The notes below the pieces were generated by a model that was not told the origin of the DNA, did no database searches, and saw nothing but the letters and a program-made list of their open reading frames with translations. From the NCBI RefSeq assembly GCF_021869535.1, contig NW_026262734.1, positions 25,730,001 to 25,794,000 of the forward strand: 64,000 bases of DNA. Reading direction: 5' to 3'. Of this stretch, positions 50,643 to 61,870 are shown piece after piece (positions within the stretch are counted from its first letter, which is position 1; each line of letters starts with the position of its first letter). Source of the stretch: Mytilus californianus (taxonomy: Eukaryota). The translations under genes were made by a program, and so were the position numbers.

Positions 50643-51858
50643 ATATAGGGTGAAAAAAGAGAACATATAGAATTTCACCAAATCTGGTTTATCTTAAGAG
50701 ATTTAAATGAAATTAACTCAAATACAAATTTTATGAATATTTCATGAAGATTGAGAAAATCCTGGGCCTTAACTATGATGACTCAGCATAAATTCACAGT
50801 TTACAGTATGCATAGTTTACTTAAAGGTCTGAATTCAAAATAAATCCTTAATGTATGCATATTTGTAATTTGAATTGTTTAGAAGTGCTTATGTTTACTC
50901 TTCGCAGTCATTGAAAATCATAGATCCTTCCTGAATATTGTTTTTGGGGTGTTTTTGTTCTGTCGATAACCCAAAAGTAAGCCGTAACACCTGAATGTGA
51001 TTTTTGTGACCGCGGCATGAAAAAATAAAAGCTAGAAATACAAAAAATACCAAAATAAAACTAACAATAGTGTGTTCTATCCTAGATATGTACTGAATAT
51101 TCCATATTCACAGAAAAAGCAGAATAATTAAGCAAATGTGAGGCCCCAGTGGCTAAAAAAACCCAAAAAAATGCCTACCCCCTGGGTCACAAAACAGATA
51201 ATTTAGTTATTTTAAAGGTCTTTTGTATAGAAAACAATAACTATTGTTTGAAATTATGCAAAAAACAGATGCTAGCAGTCAGTTCTATTAAACTTTTAGT
51301 GAAGTCATACATTAGACTGGTAACTTCATACATACAACTTTTGAAAATATGGCTTTGTTTAAACACGTCTAGTTCATATATTATCTAAATTATGTTAGAT
51401 ATATGGTTAGAGATGATATTGTTGTGACAACATTTCTACACTGACTATTTGAGGTAGAAATTGTTAACTTTAATTGACAAATAGACATAAAGTAAGGTGT
51501 GGACTGGAGACAAAGGCAGGATTGGATACTTCATATAATCTTGAATGTTGGAATGATTAACTACTAAACTTTACATTTATCGTATCCTGAAATGCTTTTA
51601 AATTGTTATAAGAATAGTTTCAAACAGGTTCTAGACATTTCATGTCAATAAAAATGCACATAGGGTAAGCTGACAATAATTAAAGTCTTGTTTTCAAATT
51701 CTTTAAAAAATTGAAACAGGGGTGGGGGTATAAAATTTATTGTAAAAGAAAAGTTAGAGTATATGCAGTGATTTCTTTACGGCTTTAATTCTGATAAATA
51801 AGTATTGTTGTGAGAAAAAGTGTTTTTCAACATTTTCTATTTGCATAAATGTTTGTAT

Positions 51859-52308
51859 AGGTTGCATTTTGTAAATACTGCTGTTTCACAAGCCACGCCT
51901 CTTTTGGGGAGATATATAATATTCATAGATATGTTAATTTGTTAACGTACTGATTCCTAGATATGATCTCTGTGTTTCATCTCATAGAGACATAACTTGG
52001 AAATGTTACCAGTATAGAAAAACATGGTAGCGCATACAATTTATTTCTTAGAAGGTCCAAAAGTGGAGGTAGGGGTAGTATAGAATGTTAGTATAAGTTT
52101 TAACTCTTAGAAGATCAGGGCATATAAATGCTGAAAATATGCCGCACAGCCCTATATTTTGACCTTTGAATAAATTAGTAGTGCATATCAACTTTCCGTT
52201 CTGGATTATAATTTTTCCTGAAACTTCATTGTAAAAATGGCACAGTTTTAGCCGCAAAGGGAGTTCCCAAGGGAAATTGCATTGTCTATATTTACAGAAT
52301 TGCAACCT
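51859..52308. mobile_element. about 450-bp TIR-bounded element, copy 2
   Basis: AGGTTGCATTTTGTAAATA ... TATTTACAGAATTGCAACCT; direct repeat of 50201-50642. Confidence 0.68.
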
Positions 52309-53964
52309 TGATTGATATTTCATACTGTTATTTTCATTTGCCATCTTTATTTATTGAAATGAATTCGGAGCACATTCACACATGAAATATTAACCCGTGT
52401 TTCTTTTCTGACCGTAATCATGATAATATACACGATTTTGCACTCTGTTCCGAATTTCCTATAAAAATGAAAAGAACACTTTCATCAAAAATTTAAAACT
52501 ATTTTTCTTATTTAGTATTCACTAACAACCCATCAATACCTTATATTTTAGAATCAAATACAAAGTGTGTTTGGAGTCGAAATGTGTTTTAATTAATACT
52601 TAACAGATGAATGGAAATATCATTTAACAACAATGATCAAATTTTCGTATTATCTATTTTTATATCAATTATTTACATTACAGTTGATACATTTATGGAT
52701 TGTTATGTATTTGAAACATGAGGATTAAGGTAATTATGTTAAAGATTTGATACGTTTTAATATACGAAATGGTGACTCACTTCATGAGATGACAACATTT
52801 TTAATATTGCATGTATTTTTGTGACGGGGGATCAGAAATTCTAAAAGTGTCATATATAGACAGAAACGTTTGGAACGCCAGCAGTAAAAGATTGATTTCT
52901 CTAATGAAAGTTCATTTGTCACATTTAGGTTCGTTTTATATATATAAAAACTCATCAAAGATATCAGGCTTAATATTTGTCACGCCAGACGCGCGCGTCT
53001 ACATACGAATCACTAGTGGCGCCCAAATCAAAACGGTCGGAAGGCTAAATCAAATATGTAGTTGAAGAGCATTAAAAACAACAATTCCGAAAAAGGTGTA
53101 CCAAATACAGTTCAATAGATCTATGCGTCGTTGTAGGAACACCAAATGTTTCGAATAAAGCAACGTTTCATGATCAGTAAATTTACAGACAATGAACATA
53201 TCAATGATATTTCATGTCACAAAAAGTGATGTCTACTGGGAGTTAATATATATATATCGTAAAATAAAACCCAAGAAAAACTGTTATTTCACATCTAGAA
53301 TTTCTTCCTCGGGGGACCTGACGAAAACAATTCAGTGTAACTAAATGCGTAAAAACTAATATCATAAAGTATAAAGAATAAAAAATTTAAGAAAAAATTG
53401 TTTTTTGTTCATGAATCAACAAGGAAACTGGCTATATTGCAATGGAAATATTAGCTCTTTTATGCTTACTTCTTACTTAGATATAGTAACAAGAAATATA
53501 AGGCTTTAATATACAATCAAAGATATCCACAAGATAGAAAATGAAATATGAGATCGTGATGGCGAGGCCATAAGATAATGACAAGTTCATTTTAGAAGTC
53601 AAAAATTCATTTTCTTTTTACAGTTATTTTACTACTCGAATCTGTCTTCCGTCAAAATCATGAACATATACCTAATGTTTTCATACTGTCTAAGTTTATA
53701 ATTTGTAAATATAAAGTAAATGACATATAAGGTATATGTCATATATGTTACACAAACCAGCATTTAAAGATAAACAGATTGCACTAAATACGGGTGGACA
53801 ATAAAACTTTAGTGTTTGTCTATTACAAGTTACTCGTATTGCATTACCGCGGTCTCGTCTCGAGCATGCCCTATGAGTCCCATAAATTGCTTTGTAACCT
53901 GACAATAATGACAGCTTCAAAACGTGATTAATAAAGTTGTAGTCTATCTTCTTTCAGAATAACT

Positions 53965-54088
53965 ATGAAGACACCTATAGTGACTTTGTTTGGTCTTCTG
54001 TTGATTAATTTACTTTCTGAGGCGTATGGATGTGTATGCATTGACCGAAATCGTACAAACAAAAAGGATTTCTGTAAAGCTACTTTCG
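53965..54088 (+). CDS. TIMP: TIMP-D coding exon 1 (not in ORF track)
   Basis: 124 nt; tttcag|aataactATG; G|gtaag donor. Confidence 0.9.
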
Positions 54089-57000
54089 GTAAGATTTAGG
54101 AATTTAATTTTATGCTTTTCTGATTTTTCACATAGGATGACAATCTCCATTTGCAAATGAAAAGAACGCTTCATAACTTTTATTTGTAAGAAGCGCTTTT
54201 CCTGATTTATCATGCATGTTCAAACCCAGATATGGTATTTGAAATAAGAAGAAACGTTAAGAGTAATATGACCAAAACAGCAACACACATTAGAATTGGA
54301 TATACATTTTTGTTAAATGTAAAACGAGAAACGAATTACGAGATAAATTATAAAAAAAAATCAACCTTTATTGAATCTTTGTTTTAATGTCCCTCACCAT
54401 CGTTATCGTTGTTGCCTTCTGTTTTGAATCGAGTGTAACTAAATGTAGACACAACTCGTGTCTTGAGTGCTTATAAGACTGATCACTTTGACGAGTTTTA
54501 ATTGTTACATAAGGATGAAGAAAAAAAAGATGTCGGGTCAATGTCAAGTTTACAACGACACATCGACATAGTTGACCAAAAGACATCCAGAACTTAAGAT
54601 TGGTTTTTCATACAGAAAACCAGGTGTCGTTATAGTGTAGCAAGACATAATTTGCCACTAGTAGGTTTATATCCAACAGGAACGCTCAAATCCAAGGATA
54701 TTTAAATGCTTGAGTACTTTGGAAGCTTTATGACAAAAAGGCATCTTAAAATAATAGCCAAATCTACTTGATGAACTTTTCATTAGGGATTTGGAACCTT
54801 AGTTTCATATTGATTTAAACATTTACCAACGCAGAATTATGACAAGTATGTTATTATTCATGCAATGACTCAGCGCTAATGATTTTCCTGGAGACGATCA
54901 TTTCATTTTTTGAGGATTAGATTCGGTTCGAAATCTATCTTGCTTGATAGGCTGAAACCTATACACATGGATATTAAAGAAGAAGCCTATTGACTTTAGA
55001 GATCAACAGGCAAGAGGTCAGTTAAATGTTACTGCATACCGAATGTTCTTGGGAACAGTAAGTTTTTGGATGGTAACGTTAGTTTCCTTTATAGGTTTAG
55101 TAGGACATCTATTGAAATGAAACATATTTTCTTATCTTCAACAATATAATTGGCCTTGAGTTCCGGGACCTGGCAGGTTAGCAATGGTAAAGAAAAACCC
55201 TGTCCAATTTGTGGTAAGTGTTTGCCTTCTTATATGTATATTGGTTCTCTGAAAAAAGTATTGGTAACAATGTTGGTTTTCAGTTACCTGACTTTGTATA
55301 CTCTCTAGATCATACAGTCCTTGCTTAGTTGTTTTTTTCCATAATAGTCAAGCATCCTATTGTAAAATGTAACGCATTTATACAGGTAAAAATAAGCAAT
55401 ATATGAACATGTTTTTTGTCGTCCAAGGATACTTGTATTTTGAACTAAAAATGTATTCATTCACTTAATGTGCAGTTCGGGAAGCATCATTCGTTGTGCC
55501 AGCTTTTCGTTTGTTTGAATATACTACACTGCTATTTGTCGCTGCACACAGGAAACATTTTGAACAAAATAATTTCATCGACTTCGTTTTTTATTAAAGT
55601 AGTACGAGGAATTGTCAAAAGCAGAAAGGACTGTGGAGCTGCTGAAGTTGAGTATAAAGTGAAAGTGAAAGATACTTTTAAGGTAGTGTACACTGTGATA
55701 TATAGTATTACTGAACGGTATGAGTTTTGTCCATCGTTGAATGACGTTTGGCGACCTATAGCTATTTACATCCTCGTCATTTTATCTCTGGTGTATAATT
55801 GTCTCTTTGGTAATCATGCCTCATCTCCTTATTATCGAATTCAGCAGTCCATTATGAAATTACCAAATAACATTCTTTACATGCGTCCAAGTATTTTCCT
55901 GCACTTAAGTGACATATTTTAATCATCGTGTACATCAATAGATCAAATTAACATGATAATGCAGGTTTTTAATGTTTACAACGTAAGGGCTACATTATTT
56001 CTCTAACTGTGCCTCATTCTTAATAAAATATGATATTTAAATTCTTTATTGTAAAACATAGTGTCTTCTGATTCAATTAATAGTTGCATTAGAAAAGCAC
56101 GAAGCACACAATCAATAAAAAAAGATATTTATGTTCACAATATATAAAGGAGAAACGCAGGGTCAGATATGATAAGAAAATATCTTAATTATTGTAGACT
56201 ACATAGTGTGTTGATGCCAATCATTTTCAAATGAATTTTACAGATTATAATCAAAGCACGACAACTGAATAAAGCTAATTCAAAAGGTTCACATTTGGAA
56301 TTCAATACTTAAAATACTGTTCTCCAGCAGACTGTCCATATATAATATTAAATCTAACATCTATTATAAAATCTTAAAAGTAAGTAAGTATGCCCAACGA
56401 TTAGATTTACTGATGAATATTTCCAATCTTTAAAATTATAGCACAGAATAATATCAAAAACCTTTTTTCTGAGTGTATTGATATACTGACCAAAATAGAA
56501 AGGTTTAGACTTGAAATTTTACATATTATTTAAAGCTCTAATACGATGTATATTAGATATTTCTGGAAAATTCAATAACTATTTTCATTGTTAACCATTT
56601 ATTATCAGCAAAATGTAATCAAACGTAATTTTTTGAGACATATTTCGGTGCAGCGTTACATATTAATTTGTTATCACTACCAGATTAAAAACAATATCAA
56701 GATTTTTACTTGGAGAACTAAACTGTTGAACAATAAATGATGCAATAGCTATCACTGATATTAATCTTACATATTTTGCAGAAAAAAAATGTGTACACAC
56801 TAAAAATACAACTCATTAAGAACTATGATAGTTGAATATGCAAAAGAAAACACAAAAAGCAAATGAGGCATACAAAAGCACATCAAACAAATGCGATTAA
56901 CACCCATTTTGTTAAAAAAACAGAGATTCAAGGTTGGTAAGCTTTTTTTGGCATAGACCAATAAGATATGCAGCATTTAGTAGCAGGTCGATGATGAGTA

Positions 57001-60000
57001 GTGATAACACATATCTAGATCTGTTTAATTTCATTATTTGTATATTTTTTCTCTTCTTTTTGCAAAGTTACAGAAAAAAGTGAAGAAAATAATGAAGATT
57101 CGTTCTCCGGTCCATTCATGTGATCCGTTTCTTGCGATAGGATCTGAATATTTAATTTCAGGTAAGCATTTCAATTCGTTCTTTAAAAAAAAATCATGTT
57201 TTAAAGCATTTTTATCATTAGCAAAACCAGTGATTCGCGATGCGTTAAAGACCCATTGGTGGCCTCGGGCTGGTTCCTATTCGTTAGTCGGGTTGTTGTC
57301 TCTTTGAAAATTCCATGCTTCTATTATTTATTCTATTGGTTACAGAATTTGATTTTAGTGCCGTGTGGAGATAGTAGAGTGCCTTTGCGTTCTTAAGGTG
57401 TATGCTCTTACAAATTACAAAATAATATAGTATGTAAGTCCGAGCAAGAACTTCTCTCTGTTCATGACTTTAGGCATATTTATCTAAAACTCATATTCAA
57501 TTATGAAATCGTCCAAAGTATGATTGCTTACTGATATTTTAAACTGTTTCCCATAACTGATCGACCTGAATATTAAAAACAAACTGTTTTGTAAATCAAA
57601 TATGTAAATAAAGGTTGTGATTTTAAAAATATTGCCGGTATTCTTAATGATCGTGCTGTAAAAGAACAAATTCCTGATTATTTTGGTGATACTGAGCTCC
57701 CTCTTATTTGTTATGTTTACCAAAAATTTGCCCCCCCTTCCCCCCGAAATACGTTTTTAATCATAGCGATGTGTGTAAGATTTAAATATCAGTAACAACA
57801 CCTATGTCATGAAATTGTAGAAATTAAATTTACATTTATGGCCCCAGTTCCGATGTGATAACCAGAGATCTTTACATTGTCAAGGACCGAGAGTTAAAAT
57901 TATTCCTTCGAAAAGGACAAAAATATCGTCACTGGTCAATAATAAATTGGAATGAGTGTCGTGACATCATCAACGTTTCACTACATACTTACTGTATACA
58001 ATGGATAAAACGGAAAAAGCTGCTGAAAAGAAAACCTTAGATTTTTTTTTTTCAATTCAGTACTGAAATTATTTGATATTCGGATTTAACATTTCAAAGA
58101 ACATTTGACTCCTAGCAACAACTATAATCATGGCCATATTTGACGTTTCAAATTTAAGCTAAATGAACTCAGCAAGACATTTGTTTTCGTCCCGGCTGAT
58201 AAGGCTGTAATTAATATCATTATTGTCTGACGTAAATTTTATATTGAGGTTCTGCAAAAGGAAATTACATATTCACCAACATTTCAACTGACTAAATTTT
58301 CGGAAAATGACATCGTTATCAAACTTACACTTGTTGCTACTTATTTACAATCAGAACTGAATAACATGATAGTTCTAACTATGAGCTGGCTTCCGACGCT
58401 GCAAAAAACCTGACAATAAAATTTTCAAAAAAGGTCTACAAAAATAGTGGAATTCATTACTTTTGGAGTGCCAATGATTCGTTTGAAGTACTTGATAAAT
58501 TGCCAGCTCATTTTGGTGCTTTCGAAACTGCCTACCCTATATACCACTTTGTTTCATAAACGCCATTTTGTACCAGGTTATATTTGTCTTTTTGACATTG
58601 TTTTAAAACTTTTTTTATTAAATTTGTATTTATATTTTGTCATAGATCAAATTTATTCGTACAGTGTATGTTTACTTGTTTTTGTAAATATGTCTTTTTG
58701 ATCGACTTAAGCTATTTCAATTGCTATTTTGTCTCTGTTTATGTTGTAATGTTACACTATTGTTTCAAGTTAGGGTGAAGGTTGGCGCCTGTTAAACATT
58801 TAAACCCGTATTTGTATGCACCTGTCCTAAGACAGGAGCCTGTTTAGTGGTTGTCGTTTGTTGATGTGGTTCATAAGTGTTTCTCGTTTCTGTTTTTTTA
58901 TATAGATTAGACTGTTGGGTTTTCCTGTTTTAATTGTTTTACACTAGTCATTTTGGGGCCCTTTATAGCTTGCTGTTCGGTGTGAGCCAAGGCTCCGTGT
59001 TGAAGGCCGTACTTTGACCTATCATTGTTTACTTTTTACACATTGTGACTTGGATGGAGAGTTGTCTCATTGGCATTCATACCACATCTTCTTATTTCTA
59101 ATTATTCACAAGGAATATAGTTGATACTGTTACTGATACTGTCAAGTCATTACAAAAATAATTAATATTGATTCACTCATAGGGTCTTTGCTTTGGAAAT
59201 GAACACATTTATTTAAAACCAGTTGTTGGCATGATACGGGATATGTTCCTCTCGTATAAGTTATAATGGTATCATACTGAACCCTTAACGGGAGTTAATC
59301 TTGTTCATTTTTATATGATGATGACATAATCTTTCAATCAGTTTAATTGAAGTCTAAATATGTCTTGAATGTCAGTAACTGTTCGTAGTCCTTTGTATAT
59401 TTGTGTTAATCATTGTCATTTTGCTTAATTTCTATGTTACCTATTCTATCATCAGATTCGGACTTCTTTTAAACCGAGTTTTACATTGCGTTTCACTGTG
59501 TGTTTCTTTATTCTACATACGGTACAGGTATAGGAGAAGGATTGAGGAGATCTAACAACACATGTTAACTCCCACTCCTTCCCCCGTATTTTCGCGCCTG
59601 TTCCATGTAAGGTACATCTGGCCTTTGTTAGTCTTGTGTGTTGTTTTTAGTTTTGGATCATTGAATGTTTAAGAGTTGAGAGTGCTGTCCATTTCGATAA
59701 GCTATTATATATTTTTTTAGGGGCCAGCTGAAGCCTGCCTCCGGGTGCAGGATTGTATCGCTGTATTAAAAACCAGTTGGCCTTGGGATGTTTTCTGCTC
59801 TTTACATCGGTTGTGGCCTCTTTGACACATTCACCTTTATCATTTTCTATTTTATTTTTTGATAAAAAAAAAATGTTTACGGTTGTTGTTGAACAAAAAA
59901 GGTAAAATATGTTAATATGGAAACAACTAAGGTTATAACTTGTTTATCATACAAAGCAAAGCATCACGTCGATATTTGAACCTGCTATATAAAAAATGAA

Positions 60001-60295
60001 ATTACTCAGCCAAGAAGAAATGCTAAGTTATGTCCATGTTTCTGCCTGCACTACACTGTTGTTCGAAAATTAAAAAAAAAGTGGTTCAAGCGAATTAAAC
60101 GGACTTGTGAACAATACAGAAACAAACAAACAGAAATGCATTACAAAGTTGTTATTTATTCATATTTCAGGAGTCATAAGGGGAGAATTTTACTATACAG
60201 ATTACTGCTATTGGTATCAAATTTGGCAGACTATTCCAAAGGATACACAAACAGCACTAGAAACGGGAACTTTTGCTCAATGTTATTCACTATAA
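53965..60295 (+). CDS. TIMP: TIMP-D: secreted single-domain TIMP-like protein, 139 aa (141 with the upstream alternative acceptor), 4 coding exons
   Basis: join(53965-54088, 55600-55682, 57074-57161, 60171-60295). Protein MKTPIVTLFGLLLINLLSEAYG-CVCIDRNRTNKKDFCKATFVVRGIVKSRKDCGAAEVEYKVKVKDTFKKKVKKIMKIRSPVHSCDPFLAIGSEYLISGVIRGEFYYTDYCYWYQIWQTIPKDTQTALETGTFAQCYSL*. Seven mature Cys. Confidence 0.88.
55600..55682 (+). CDS. TIMP: TIMP-D coding exon 2
   Basis: 83 nt; aag| acceptor, AAG|gtagt donor. Confidence 0.88.
57074..57161 (+). CDS. TIMP: TIMP-D coding exon 3
   Basis: 88 nt from ttacag| (aligns with the A acceptor atacag|); in-frame alternative AG at 57066-57067; G|gtaag donor. Confidence 0.85.
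57570..58560 (+). mobile_element. Penelope-like retroelement relic, N-terminal RT half (TIMP-D intron 3)
   Basis: VITRDLYIVKDRELKLFLRKGQKYR, FVFVPADKA (58195-58203), WLPTLQKN, YFWSANDSFEVLDKL and LPTLYTTL resemble the PLE RT motifs ITGDL..KGPKYR, VPADKA, YWLPKLHK and LYTT; many stops and frameshifts. Confidence 0.7.
58690..59100 (-). mobile_element. SINE-like interspersed repeat copy (interrupts the PLE relic)
   Basis: collinear with 12775-13190. Confidence 0.75.
60171..60295 (+). CDS. TIMP: TIMP-D coding exon 4
   Basis: 125 nt; tttcag| acceptor; ends ...AQCYSL*. Confidence 0.9.
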
Positions 60296-60848
60296 CGAAG
60301 ACTTGTTAAGTGACTGTAAATTGCATCGACTTCTTATTGGAAATTCAAAATAGATATTTCACTCAAAATATAATTCATTTCAACTATGATCATTAATTCC
60401 AGCAAAACGTATTCGATAATAGCTGAATTTGTAGGTATAATGTCGGTTTCATGTCTTGGTGTAATTTGATAAAGTATAATATGCTATCATTTATTTTAAG
60501 AAAATGTGGGTTTGACACAATAGACAGTAGTTCTACAAATTAAAACGGTATATATCAGATAGGGACATTCAAACTCATAAGACGTTGACAAACGCCATGG
60601 CAAAAAAGACTAAAAAAGACTACAAGATAAACAGCAGTATACAAAACACAACATACAAAATCAAAGACTGAGCCAGAAGAACCTCACGAAAAACTGGTGG
60701 TGATCACATGTGTTCCGGAAGGGTAAGCAGATCCAATCCTGCTAAATACATGGCAACCGTCTGCTCCTGTAAGCAAACGATCGTTGATAAGACTTATTTT
60801 GTTATGTCACATTCGACGAAAAGAGGATGGAAAAAAGTAAATTAATGT

Positions 60849-61870
60849 TTAAGACAATTTGAACATATCCGTTTTCATAGGTGAAAAAGATATTCCATAA
60901 CGACCAACTAACTCGAGATTGCGTCCGTAAAATGTTCGAAAGGACGATTTCACCTTAACCACTTGGAACTCATGGTTTGATAGCTTCCTTGTAAGCAGCA
61001 TTCCTCTATCGAGGAAATTATGATAGGAAATGCAACCGCTGGTATATCGTTTCCCTTCGGAAATGTACATTCAATATGCAGGCGCTTCTGGAATGTTGCT
61101 TCATGAAAATGGAAAGTTCAAAAATAATCTGCTGAAAGCATATTTTTTACATAAATGTTTGTTCTCAATCGACCCTTGTACATCTACTTCTACTATTAGG
61201 CGGCCACCAATAATACACTGATTATTCAGCCAGTATTGGATTCACATGGAAGTTATTGATAAGCAATTTAATTGTATCTGTTGTACTGTAGAATAATTTA
61301 TTCTCGTGGATACCAGTTTTCTTTTATTAAGGAAACATGTATTTTCGTTGATATTGGATTTCGTGGTTGTACCAAAATGTGTATGCAAGCCTTAAGAAAA
61401 TTTGCTCTTTGTTGGACATTTAAATACTTGGTTAGCCTTCACCCACTACCACCCAAAAAACAAACGGTATCCCACAAATAATGTGATGAATCAACAGTAT
61501 CTTTTATTTCATAATCGATGGGATAAGTCTAAGTAACATCCTTTAAATTTTTTGGTTAAAGTAAATTATCTATATAGCGGAAAATGAAGTTAAGGATTAA
61601 TGCTAGCTCCTTTTCATTCCCCATAAGAAACTCCTGTATGAAGTATGCGTCAAATGAACACAGGAACAAGTCGACTAGAAGAAGAGCATAGTTAGTTCCA
61701 ATAGGAATGCCGACTTTGTGTTTACTAGAACGTCCTCCAAACGTAACAGTCCTTTCAGTCAGGAAATCAAGCATCATGATAATGTCAGTATTAGGGTATG
61801 TTTTGTTTGAAACAGAGCAATCGTTACAAAACACTATTTGTCCTTTCCTGGAAAAGATAATTTTTTTCAA
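60849..61870 (-). mobile_element. Penelope-like retroelement relic, C-terminal RT half
   Basis: GIPIGTNYALLLVDLFLCSFDAYFIQ...FRYIDNLL (cf. GIPMGTNCAPLLADLFL...RYIDD) and FLDRGMLLTRKLSNHEFQVVKVKSSFRTFYGR. Confidence 0.78.
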
